From positions 67,890,001-67,954,000 of the forward strand of contig CM060733.1 of assembly GCA_030704615.1 (NCBI GenBank): a stretch of 64,000 bases of DNA, written 5' to 3'. The notes under the pieces were generated by a model that saw only the letters and a list, made by a program, of their open reading frames with translations, had not been told where the DNA came from and did not search any database. Of this stretch, positions 36,114 through 49,220 are shown one piece after another; position 1 is the first letter of the stretch, and every line of letters begins with the position of its first letter. Position numbers and translations under genes: made by a program. The stretch comes from Takakia lepidozioides (Eukaryota > Plantae > Bryophyta).

Positions 36114-39100
36114 ATGGGACGAAAGAAGACACCGAATACTGGTGTTGAGGACCACAACGGACCTGCAGTGGCTGGCTCTAAGAAAGACAAGAAGAAAGGG
36201 GCACAGTTAGTAGATGATGATGAGTACATGGTGGTGGAAGATGAGGAGTCTGTGAACTCTGACGTAAGTGCGCTCGTTGCTAATGGCAAACAGGAGGCTA
36301 TTACGCCCCAAGTTGAAGAGGAATTGAATGTTTCCTTTGAGGATCTGGGAGTCTCTCTAAGGAGGAAAGATAAGAAGAAGAATGAGGAACTTGTCCCCGA
36401 GGTTTCTGTGCTTCTTCTGGCAGGAAAGACAGGTGCTAAGGGGAAGAAGGGCGGGAGGCGAGCCGAGGATGATGATGACATTGAGTTCGGGATCAATGGT
36501 GGTTCAGCTCCATCACATGGACTCTCGATTGGACAGCAGAGGGAGGAGGTTTCAGGCGAAGAAGACGAACTGACGGCCTTCTCTGGGAAGAAGAAGAAGG
36601 GGAAGGGCAGAAATAAGAAGGGGAAAGACCAGAGTGACGACTTCGAAGCAACCATGTCTGTGGCATCTGAGACGTCATTGCTGGAATCTGTAAATGACAT
36701 AGATGGCAGGGCGGAAGAAGACGAAGCTAATTTGTTCACTGGAAAGAAGAAGGGTAAAGGCAAGAGTAAGAAGGGCAGAGATCAGAGCGATGACTTCGAG
36801 ACCATCAGTGCTATTGCATACGAAACTGCATCGCTAGAATCGGTGATTGACACAGGTGAGAGGGCAGAAGAAGACCTCTTCGACTGTAAGAAGAAGGGGA
36901 AAGGTAAGAGTAAGAAGGGGAAAGACCAGGCCGATGAGTTTCAGGCAACGGTCTCTGTAACGTCTGATACATCGTTGGTTGAATCCGCTAATGACACAGT
37001 AGACAGGACAGACGAAGATGAAGCTAGTCTTTTCTTTGGCAATAAGAAGGGTAAAGGCAGTAATAAGAAGGGGAAAGACCAGAGGGATGACTTGGAACCA
37101 ACCATTTCTGGTGTCTCTGAGGTTTCTCAATCTGTCAACGACACTGGTAGCAGGGCAATTGAAGGAGAAGAAGAAGAAGAAGCCAGGATCCTGGCTGGAA
37201 CGAAAAAGGGGAAGGAGAATTCAAACAAAATTAAGGGTATACACATGTTGCTTGAGGAGGATTGTGAAGCCGTCTCGGCAGAGATGGATGGTAGTTTAGT
37301 ACCTGCCGCTGATCATACTGCAGAGAAGGAGATTTTGGAGGATGGAGATGAAGAGACACTTCACTTTACAGGAAAAAAAAAGAAGAAAAGTGGACAGAAG
37401 AAGGCTTCCCCATTTTTTATGGATGAGGATATGGAAGCGGTGCTTGCAGACACAGAGGGTACTTCAGAAGTTGCAGAGGTTACAGTCCTACCACCAAGTA
37501 CAGAAGGGGAGAAAAGTGAAGCAGAAGAGGAGGAAACTATTCAATTTGCGGGTAAGAAAAAGGGGAAGAAAACAAAGAAGGACAGAAAAGTTGTGAAAAC
37601 TGGCGAGGATGATGAGATTGATACTTTGATGGCAGAACTTAAAGGGCCTACAATCGTGAAAGATCTTGGTTCTGCACCTCAGCCCGAAGGTATCTGACCT
37701 ATATTGACCCAGTTTTGCCACCAATAGTCCTTCAAAAAGTCATTCATAATTTTTTGCAAACTCAAGACACTGTTTCCTTAATATAAGGCCAACTATGATT
37801 TGAAGCAGTCAAATGAAACAGTTAAACTAAAGTGTACTTGCACTTTAAGGGTTTTGGTGGTTTATCCTTCATCGATGAGCTTCTCAATGTAATGATGAGA
37901 CTAGAGGCGTCGACAGCATGTCTCAGGGCAAGGGTGGTGGTTGCCTTTCATTGTAAGTGTGCATGCATTGTGTTGCCGACTTATAAAAGGATGAAGAGCT
38001 TGACATAAACAGATTTGTTTGATGGTCTATCTAGTGAAAATGCCCTTCTACACGAAAAGGACAGCCTTTCCACTCACAACTTCTAATGTTGCACTGGTTC
38101 TTTAGCCCCTTGGAATGTTATCTATATGGGTTGGTTGGGCGATTGTTCTTGCAGTTTCTACTACAGCCATCATGGATGCAGTTGCTGCTCCTAAAACAGT
38201 CCTCCCAGAATCGACTGCGGCATCTAAAGCAAAGCAAAAGAAAAAGGCAAAGAAGAGTGGTCGAACAGCTCAAGAAGAAGAGGATCTTGATGCTATTCTA
38301 GCTGAGCTTGATGGTCCTACCAGAGCAGCACCTGTGGCTGCAGAGTCTCTGCCAACCACTGTGGCATTGGCAGTTGAGGAAATAGGAGCAGCAGCAGTGG
38401 AATCAACCCCAGCCCCCTCTGAGGTGGCTGCTGTGGCTGCTCCTGAAGCTGAAGAGGTGGAGTCGGCAGCTTCCAAGAAGAAGAAGAAGAAGAAGGAAAA
38501 GGAGAAGGCTAAAGCAGCAACAGGTAACCGGACTCTTTTTGCGTGTGGTGCAATATTTGCTGGAGTTCACTTGCTGGAGGCTACCTTTTTGTAGCATTGC
38601 GTGTCACCGGGCTGCTTCCATTGTCATAGTTACTGAGCAACTGTCATCTATTGCAGAGGTTGTTACTCCTTTCAGCGCAAATTTCAATTTATAGATTCAT
38701 ATGGTTGATCTGGATTTTGCTGGTGACTTCACTCCGCAGGTGAAAAGGCAGGAGAGGAAACGGTGGTGGAGGAAAAGGAACCAGTTAAGCAAGAGGAACG
38801 TAAAGGCAAGACTGTTGACAAGAAAGTGTCCAAGCAGGTGCGTGAGATGCAGGAACGTTTGGCCAGAATGAAGGAGGCTGAAGAAAAGAGACTGCGCGGT
38901 AAGGCATTTGCCCAAGTGCAGGTTATCCTTTCTTTCCGTATGTTCCATTACAGTGGTACAGTAGGATGTTTTTGCAGATCGGAAATTAGGTCAACGGCGA
39001 CAAAGCCATCACTTGTATCAATTTATGTTTGACTGAAGCATTCACATCTTTGAATCTCAGAGGAGGAAGAGAAGCGCCTGAAAGAAGAGGAAGAACAAAA

Positions 39101-42100
39101 GAGGTTAGAGGAGTTGGAGTGGCAGAAAGAGGAGGCCAAGCGTAAGCGCAAGGAGCGCGAGAAGGAGAAACTATTACAGAAGAAAAAGGAGGGGAAGCTT
39201 TTGACGGGGAAAAAAAAGGAGGAGGCTCGGAGGCTTGCATTGATGCGGGAGCAGTTCGGATTTCATGCTGATGGGGACGTCTCTGGAGTGGTGGAGGAAG
39301 GTATTGTCATTCCCAGGAAACCCAAATATGAAAATAAGAAAAAGCGACGGCCAGCAGGTAGCGCACCATCTGATGAGGCTGGGACCACCAGTGTCCTTGA
39401 AGAAGTGGACGTAGAAGATCCTGTGGAAGTTGAGCCTATGGTTGAGCCTGAGCCAGAGCCCGAAATTCTGCCTGAAGCACTTGTGGAGGTAAAAGTGACA
39501 CAACCCATGCTTTGGAGTTAACTTTGAAAATGTTTCATACAGAATATGTCATCAAATGTGACTGAGGGTACCTACTGTTCTTATTGCTCCCAGGCTCCCT
39601 GGGCCTGCAAGCTGTTTTATTTAAATCAGCAATACATCTTCATCATGAATGCTCTTTACCTTGGATTTGGCTGTCTCATTGTAACTTCAGTTACTTCACA
39701 ATGTTACTTCAGAGTTTACTAGGCTCTCACACTGATGTACAAATCAGCAATGCATTGGCCAGCTGACTTCCAGACGATGTAGAGTCCATATTTGAATGGG
39801 AATTCCACCCTTTGGAATACACCAGTGAAGTTGCATGGGTGTGCCAGCTCCTAACTAGCACCCAGAGGCTGCTAGCAGCGTCTCATCCAAGGATGTCTCT
39901 GTCACATTAAGGTCAAAACTGGTGCTTGGACAAACGCAGTAAAACACAGATTTGTGTCAGGTGGAGGAGGATGAAGAAGAGGACTGGGATGCCAAAAGCT
40001 GGGAGCAAGGCGTCAATCTCCCAGCCATCAGAAGTGCCTTTGCTGAAGAAGAAGCAGATGATGGCCCAGTGAAAGTGGGACAGATCATTTCCCCCTCAAT
40101 CTCTGCGTCAGCGGCATCTGTGAGGCCTGCTTCTCCTAAGAAGAAAGCTGCACCTGCTTCGAAACGTCCACTACTGAAGGTTGTCGAGAGTGAAGAGGAG
40201 GAAGATACAGGCAGTGATGAAGAGACTGATAGTGATGAAGATGACAGTGAAACAAAAAAAAGGCGTGAGGCTCGACAGAAAAGGGAGGCTCGCAGAGCAG
40301 AGGCTCTACAAAAGCGAAGTGTCGATGACTTGCGTTCACCTATTTGCTGTATATTGGGCCACGTAGATACAGGTATGGTTGTCTCACATGAAGCAGATGA
40401 AGTTCGCAGTCAGATATAAGTTGTGGTAGTTGTCGCACTGTATGGCACCTAGTCCAATCTTACAAACTGTGACAAGGATAGAAGCGCTATGACAGAGTTG
40501 CTGCCCTATGCATCACATTGTAATCATTATCACTCTTTCCTGCGGCCTCCTAATTTCTACGGGCTTACTAATAATCTTAGAAGGTTCTAATATGAGTAGT
40601 TGACAAAAAGGGGTGTAGGAAAAAAACGAAGTTGCTGGACTGCATACGACGTTCAAATGTGCAAGAGGGGGAGGCCGGTGGAATAACCCAGCAAATTGGA
40701 GCCACTTATTTCCCCATGGAAAACATCCGGGAGAGAACTAAAGAACTGAAAGCGGATGCAAAACTCAGGGTGCCTGGTTTGCTGGTTATTGACACGCCTG
40801 GCCACGAGTCTTTTACAAATCTCAGGGCAAGAGGCTCTAGCCTCTGTGATATTGCAATTTTGGTGGTAGATATCATGCATGGGTTGGAGCCGCAAACCAT
40901 TGAGTCTTTGAATCTTCTGAAGGCACGGCACACTCCCTTTGTGGTCGCTTTAAATAAGGTACTCATTCCTTTTATTCTGCGTTTTCAAGCTTTGGATGTG
41001 CTTGCAGCCACCAACTTTTGAGCATTCCTCCAGTCTTCTCACAGTTATTTTGTGGTGTCAATTTCTTTAGAATAAGAATCATCCCACGGTAGAGTCTCAC
41101 ATGTTGGCCCTCCTAATTAGTTGGACTTTCCAAGCAACACATGTCATGGATGGAATTTGCTCCGCATCAGTGTTTTTGTACTCGTTCGGCTGGTAAAGTT
41201 CTTTAGGCTTGTTTTTGGGGTTGGTTGGATATCGATATTAGGTGGATCGGTTGTATGGGTGGAAAACTTCCCTAAATGCCCCCATAAGGTCTGCGCTGAA
41301 GGTGCAAAGCAAGGATGTCATCTCTGAGTTTGACATGCGAACCAGTAAGGTTGGTGCGACTCCTTTCCCTGTCTAAATTTTATGGCTGTTTTGTTCTTAA
41401 AGTAATCCGTAAGGCCGAAGTGCGAGGTACATATTAAAAGTAACGTTATGAGTCCTGGTGAACATACAAGTCATTAACTAGTCAGGGTGGAGGAGGTGGG
41501 GCTTCATATCCTTACGGCCATTGACACTGGGAAACTAACCCTCCCAGAGCCTTTTGTGGGGTTCGCACCCACCAGGGTTTAGCTTATCCCCGCAAACTCA
41601 GCTGCAGCTATAAACTTATTTTCCTGCAACTGCCATTAAGGCCCTCACAGAGGGACTTCTGCGCTTGCAAACTTGACAGCCAGCTGCAGAGTTGTTCTAG
41701 TTATATAGCCCACAGAAATGACATGCATAACATGCATGCCATTCTTGCTCAAAGAGAAAGAATGTGAAGTCAGGGTAAAGTATGTTGGTTATGTATTAAG
41801 TTATAGGTATGGTGAAGAAGATGTAGTCAACATGAACATAAACATAAACATATATCTTCAAGGAAGATAGGCTGCTGTTGAAGACTAATATGTAGAGATG
41901 TGCCTTTCTATAGTTTACTGCAACAAAAGTGAAGACATCAAGACAGTCTGAATAAACAGCGCATCAGAAATGACCTTTGTTTGTATCCTAGCAATAAAGC
42001 TGTCAATTCTCATACTGAAGGAATACCTACTACTTATGCAGATCATTACAGAGCTAAAGGAGCGGGGTTTGAACTCAGAGCTTTATTACAAAAACAAAGA

Positions 42101-45100
42101 ACTGCGGACATATGTCAGTATTATTCCAACTTCTGCAATAAGGTACCATCACTACTTTCAGACTTCCTGTACAGGCTTGTTCTTTTAAGGATAGTGAAAA
42201 AGAAAGATGTTGTCGCAGCCTTTCAGCTGATCGTAGGACAAACCTGCAACATGTGTCCAACAACGAATCTGCAATAGTGCGACACGGTGCACAACAAGCT
42301 GAGTAGGCTTGATGTCTTCTCACTAACAACAGGAACTTCCTGATCATGTGCACCATTTTGTCATGTGTCTGACTTACATGGCCCATGATGTAGTGGGGAG
42401 GGTGTCCCAGACATCTTGATGCTACTGGTGCAATTGACACAGAAGATGATGGAGGATAAGCTTATGTTCATCAGTGAGGTGCAGGTGGGTATTCCACTTG
42501 TTATGTTGTACTGTATGCTATTCTTACTTTGCCATTTGCTTTTTCCATGTACTTAATTGTTGGCTGGATCTACATCACCTTCAGTCAAGGCGGTTTACCG
42601 CAATTTTTATCTGTTTAACTCTGGACCTGTATGTCTGAGACCATGTCTTTTTCTAGTGACATCAAAAATAGTTCATGGTAGTGTGAGGCCTTATGTACAT
42701 GCATGCATGTGTACTCAATTATGACTGTAACTGAGGTTTGCAGTGTACGGTGCTGGAGGTTAAAGTGGTAGAAGGGTTGGGGACAACTATTGATGTGGTT
42801 TTAGTAAATGGTGTGCTTCACGAAGGCGATCAAATTGTGGTTTGCGGCATGCAGGTTCTGTCCTTCATCCTTTGACAATTCCATACTTTTTTGCTTGTCA
42901 CATCCCTTGGCTTAGGGTTGTTGTGGAACTTACCGTGGATGTGCGTGGATGTTCTAATTGTTGCGTATCATGTCAAAGTGCTTGCTGGGATTTTGCAATC
43001 TGGGCTTGTGGTCAAGTATTTGCAGGCTGTGAAGTTACAGTCTTGTGGTCCTGTTCTGAGCTGCAGTTGCTGTTGCTGTTTGCTATGGCAACAGGGTCCT
43101 ATTGTAACAAGTATACGGGCACTGCTGACCCCCCATCCTATGAAGGAGCTTCGAGTAAAGGTGAGAGGAGGCGCCCTATCTGTTGTGTGAGATGGAGGGG
43201 ATACTAGTACATATCTATTAGCACTGACGCCAATGTAATGTATTTCGAGGTTTGTGGATTCCAGGTTACTGCAACACTGTCTAGAGATCATGAATCCCCC
43301 CCATGGCTTCGTTGACCTCTAAATCCTGTAGAATCCCTTTCTCTGCAGAAGTCCAATACTGATGCTCAGTGATGTTTTGGTAGCATTTTATGGTTTAGAA
43401 CGCTAGGGTAGAAGCAACCATCATGGCTTAGTAAGTTACTTTGCTGATAATAAGTTTCATAGGGTTTTGTCCCCTATACATGGTTAGGGTATCATTGAAA
43501 CTGTCTTCACTTGATGCTCTTTTGTTAGTTGACACCTTTTTCAAGTCCATTCAGTTGGAGTAATTGTAGTTTGAAATTTGGGTTTTATTTGTCACATGTG
43601 CTGCACCCCTGTGCTTTTAGTAATTTTGGGCGCCAATTGTGGCTCGCTCCCTCTTTGTAGCTCACCCCTGTGGATGTTATAAAGTTATTTTCTTCCTTCC
43701 TTCTTTCTTTCTTTCTCTGGAAATCTGTACTTGCAGTGGTTCTAAAACAAAAAGGGTGCATCACGATTTCTTCATGCACTGCAGTTGGTGTTTCTATCCT
43801 AACATTTTATTGCACAGGTGAGGATGGGTGACGGCCTTCCCTTCTCAGCTGTGAAAATGGATATATGCTTGTGTGATACTGACTAACAAGCTCCAAATGT
43901 GCAGGGCTCTTACCAACATCACAAGGAGTTAAAGGCAGCACAGGGTATCAAGCTCACTGGGCAGGTAAACACAAAATTGTAACCATCTCTAGTCTGTGTT
44001 GGAGTTTTCACCATAGCTGTGAGTGTTCCTCAGCCCCAGAATGCAATATACTTATTCCTGTGTCACTGTTTTGGCCTTTAGCTGTACACCTAGATTTTAG
44101 CATTCATCAAAGCCAATGGAAATGTTGCACTGCATCTGAATGGTATTCCTGTCTCATCAGTGTTAAATGGCTTTGTTTCAGGGCCTCGAGCATGCAATTG
44201 CTGGGACGCAATTGTACGTGGTTGGACCAGAAGATGATCTTGAAGACGTCAAAGATGAAGCAATGCAAGACATGAAGAATGTGATGAGCCGGGTGGATAA
44301 GAGTGGGGAGGGTGTGTGTGTGCAAGCATCGACGCTGGGGTCACTGGAGGCTCTTTTGGAGTTCCTGAAGAGCCCAGCTGTCAAGATTCCTGTCAGTGGT
44401 ATAAGCATCGGGCCTGTGCACAAGAAAGATGTAATGCGAGCAAGTGTTATGTTGGAGAGGAAGCGCAAAGAGTACGCTACCATTTTGGCCTTTGATGTGA
44501 AGGTGAGACTCAAGCTGCAGAAATTGTCAAAATACCTGGGACTTGGGGGGCTGCCATAGTGTCACTGACTGTGGATCTGTTTGTTATGAGGTTAGTATTT
44601 TCTTACAGTTGAGTCTGTATTATATTCTCACCATATACTTGCATGTTGATGTTTTATACCCTGGTTTTTCATCAGTACAAAGAAGAAAGTAGGCAATGCA
44701 GCTTGTACTGGTCATGACCACCTATTTCTTGGATGTTAAGGAGCCTTTTGGCAGATAGGGCCTTCAATTGGGGAGGGAGGACTGTTGTTCATTTGCATCA
44801 TTGCATATCTCTCGACCTTCCCTGGTGTTCAATCAAAGCTGGGACTCATTCTCAACTGAAATGTGGTCCTTGCACTACAGGTTACACCAGAGGCAAAGGA
44901 GCTGGCTGATGAAGTGGGGGTCAGGATATTCACAGCAGATATCATCTATCACCTATTCGATCAGTTCACGGCCTACATCAACTCAGTGAAGGAAGAGAAG
45001 CGAAAGGACGCTTCGGAGGAGGCAGTGTTCCCTTGTGTGTTGAAAATAATGCCGCTGTATGTGTTCAATAAGAAAGACCCTATTGTGGTCGGTGTTGATG

Positions 45101-46225
45101 TGCTTGAGGGTGTTGCAAAGGTGAGTTGTTCTTGTCATATTACTCTCTTTTGCACAATTAGTGACGGGCTTTGTTGGACCAGCTTTATTTCATTCTGAGA
45201 AGGATTGGATGAATGCAATTGCTGGGGATCTTCAGGACAAATTTTTGGGACAGCTTTGAAACAGTGGATGCTTGTGTGTAGGTTGGGACACCCCTGTGTG
45301 TGCCATCAAGAGAGGGCATTGATATAGGCAGAATTGCTTCCATGGAGGTATCCCATAAAGTTGTTGACACTGCCAAGAAGGGCCAGACTGTTGCCATTAA
45401 GGTATGGCTAAACCCTGTCATGAGTACTTATCTGTACTGGGGTTACGGCAGGCATTGTAAACTTTGTTGCATTGACAGAATGGTTGATGCTGCGAAGGGC
45501 CAGTATGTCACAAAGTTACTGCATACCTGCTGATATTTACTTCTCCCCTTGAAATGGTTTGAGATGTGATAGGTGGTATGTGTTGTGGAGGTCTTGATGT
45601 CATTTGGGTCACCAGGAATGTGTAACATTGACTTATCTTCTCATCTCAGCTGTCAAGGATTTTGAATTAGCTGCTTTGCATGAGTGTCATGCAGATTGTG
45701 GGGACCAACGCCGAAGAGACACAAAAGATGTTTGGTCGACATTTTGATTTAGAGGACGAGCTTGTGAGCCGTATTACCCGGCGATCTATTGATCTTCTGA
45801 AGGAGAATTACCGGGTAAACATTTTCAGGGGCGTTACTCCTTTTTGTTCTTGTGAATAATTCTCTGCAATAGGAGTGTAACATGGTCTTCAACACAGCGG
45901 ACAGTCTTCCTCTGTTGACCGCAATCTTGTTTTATATTAGCTTAAAGAAATGTTGATGTACCTGTGATACTTGCAATACAAGCTCTCTTTGGCGCTGAAC
46001 TTGCACTTATCTTGTCCCTCTTGGATCTCTTCCCCCTCCTCCTTTTTTGTGATGTATGATCAAATACAAAGGAGTTGAGGTTCTGTCTGTCCCTCCATTC
46101 TCAAGGAAGCAGTGGTGATCTAATTCTTTTGGGTGTGGATTGGGTTCCTTTGCATGCAGGATGATCTGACAACTGAGGAATGGAAGCTGGTGGTGAAGTT
46201 GAAGAAGCTCTTTGACATACCCTAA
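36114..46225 (+). CDS. eIF5B: Eukaryotic translation initiation factor 5B, 17 exons
   Basis: Exons 36114-37689, 38155-38523, 38740-38898, 39061-39488, 39961-40372, 40619-40958, 41242-41349, 42042-42142, 42394-42484, 42744-42854, 43095-43160, 43905-43964, 44182-44502, 44881-45120, 45282-45401, 45695-45814, 46160-46225. Motifs [66 protein letters not shown]. Confidence 0.96.
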
Positions 46226-47732
46226 GAGCACAACAATGTGATAGATGGAATAGAGAGGACCCATCCTCAATAGCCTTGGATAAATGCGCTGTTATTATGC
46301 AGCACTGGTTCCTGCAGGTCCCCAGGCCCCTGTATGTACATTCCCAGGTATCTCTGAGTTGGTTTTGGATAAAGGGATTTGAATGGCAGAGAGTTGTAGT
46401 CATGGACTGTTCCGTATGGAGGTTGACTATAATTGACCCTTATGGGCTTTAGAGACAGAGTGAGAGAGAGAGTGTGCAAGAAGGAGGTGAGTCTCATACT
46501 TGCCATAGCCTCTTGGTCACAGATGCGCAACTGTTAGAACTTTCGCATCTACTGTGAGAGATATACAACCCTTAACCCCATAGCATAGAAAGCAATAGAA
46601 AGTTCCCTGCAGCATTCAACAGGCTTCTTGAGAGCAGGATACAGAAATGGTGCTTAGGAATCAAAGTTCTTATTATTAAGAACAAGTTTTTTGTAACCAT
46701 AGTTTCTGATTTGATCAATGCGGGGTGTTGTCAGGGATAGTGGCAAGAGTGCAGGTGGTTTCTCTATCTGCATAGGCCTAGTGCCTTGTAGGCTTCTGGA
46801 TACCCTTCTCGATTGGTCGTGTGTCACCTAAATGAAGGCTTCAAGAAGTAATGAAAGCTTTCTGGTTTGACTGAGTTTTTGCAAGACAGTTAAGAGTTGC
46901 TCCATATAGGAGGATTTTATGTTCCCATTCTCTGTATTTAATAAGTCTGATATCTATGCCATGGAGCTGAAGGTAAAATATTCATGTAGGCCAAATTAAT
47001 AGTCAATATGGAATCTTTTTTCACCACTTCCTCTATTCAGGCAATCTGACATTGGAGAACGTTGAGTTTGTTTTACATGCAGCATATTGAGATCCATGTC
47101 AGACAAGATCCGGGGGTGTTGAGCAATAAGCCTTGCAATGCTTATTTCTGTATGAGCCTTCCTAGGTAGATTGACCCTTGTGTCATTGTCTTCTTTCACT
47201 GTTGTACCCCTGAAATTCGATGTTCTTTGTAATAAGGCCTGAGGATCAGCAATGTGTGAATTCCTACACTAATCTTCTTGGAATCCAAAAACTTCACTTT
47301 CCTATCCTTGCTCTGTTTTCCATTCTACTCTTACATCTTTTGAAATGCCTGATTTCAGATTGTTACCTCCTTGTGCTGTTGTTTACCTTTACCCTTACTC
47401 TTCTGCCCACTTCTATAAGGTAAACAAGCTTTACTTTATTTCTATAGTCATTATCCTTCACTTATGACCCATGACAAAGTCTGCCCTTGGATAAATGTTA
47501 AAGGCCGCGAGTAGGAAAAAGAATAACTTAGACAAGGGTAAGACATAACAGTTAGGGAGGTGTTAATAGAGCACATTAACATTTACAAAATGGCACTTAG
47601 GTACACAGCATCCACTTCTTTTACATGAGCAGGTGGAGGCACAGTCTCATCTACAACTAGCACATAGGCGATGTCGTCTCTGCAAAACAGCCGCCCTTTT
47701 CAAGTCTAGAAATGCTTAACATATATCTTGTA

Positions 47733-47804
47733 GAAACTCCCGTTGCGGAGTGTTCTGTGTTATTATAACAGAACTCTGCTGCGTCTAAGTGTTCCACCCA
47801 GTCT
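47733..47804 (-). repeat. ~72-bp inverted fragment of the chromovirus integrase (17370-17441) between ~40-bp direct repeats
   Basis: Near-exact reverse complement. Flanking repeats at 47676-47716 and 47814-47853. Confidence 0.85.
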
Positions 47805-49220
47805 CTAATCACTGTCTCTACAAAACAACCTCCATTTCAAGTCTAGAAATGCTAAATGGCCGCTCATGTTGGCTTGACTGCAAAGAAGTTTATGAATAAA
47901 AGTGGTCGCGAAGTTGGAATCACTAAGATGGAGGGAGACAATGGTACCTCTCCAGTATCATGTGTAAAGTAATGGTCACAAGAAGAAGAAATTTATGCAA
48001 AATACAATCAAACAGGTAAGGTAACGATAAATCAAGCAATCCAACACATCATTCTTGGTAAACAAGTTGATGACCGACTACTGACAAAATATGATGGAGC
48101 TCTAGTCATGGAGAAAAAGATGCACCAAGCTCTTGTGTATGAGCAGATCTGTGCTTATACTAAGTGTGTTCTTGCAAAGCAGGCTATAAGATAGTGATAG
48201 ATCAGCAAACCAACAAGAGCATGAAACCATTATTTTTAAGTTCCGGAATTCAGGGGTGGTGCGCTTAGATGATACAGGAGGAATTGATCTTGATTCACAA
48301 AATTAAAGTTATGCTTCTATGTACATGTCAAAATAAAATTACATATGCTCATAAACTAGGGTTTCAAATTGGGGTGCTAGGGGAGGGATGCAACCATGGG
48401 GAATTAGCTAGCCGGCACCACGCATGTGTCATATCAATGAGCGGTTTAACATACTAGCTTCGAGCAGATCGTTCAATAGAGTACTATCTATATATATATT
48501 AGAAACAGGGGACAAGGGCCATGAAATAAGATTTAAAGACGAGGAAAAAACAACCTTGGCAAAAAATTGAGAGGCTTACAAAGGGGGCACAGCCAAGGGA
48601 CAAACCGAAGGGATGAAAACACAATGCAGAAGAGAAAAGATGAATGAGAGGAAGCAGAAAAGGGGAGAGAGAGAGCAGTGGGAGCAGGGAGAAAAGCGGA
48701 GAAGAAGGTCCAAACAAGGCACAAAAAAAAATAAAAAAATTAACACTTGCGTTTAAGAGATGTTTAAGTTGCTCCTTACCCTTTAAGGTGAATTATGACA
48801 TTGTTGTGTATTTAGGCACGTTCAAATCACCTGCCCGTTTTTTCATTTTGGGCAGGCCATAAAGTGCCACCTATAATTATTTACACCATGCAACGGTTTG
48901 GGCAGAACGTCATCTATTCGAACTGTTCCATAGTACATAAAGCATATAGTGACCTCCCCAAGCAGAACCTGGCCCGGGTAGGGGCGGGGTGAAATAATTC
49001 GAGTCATATTGAAGAGCAATCCAATGCCACATGCCCGACTTCATTAGCCAAGGAGCAGGAAATGACAAATGACATGAGAACAAACGCATGGAATACATGC
49101 AAGCCGGGGATGCTAGAACGTGAGCCCAATTGAACGTGGAATCACGAACTATATAATCCTGTAAGTACCTACGGCAATTGAAGAGTTTGTGGCATATACG
49201 AGAGATACTACAGGAGAGTT

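Noticed and set aside
35867-36763. 298-aa minus-strand ORF
   Set aside because: Antisense shadow of the low-complexity eIF5B exon 1.
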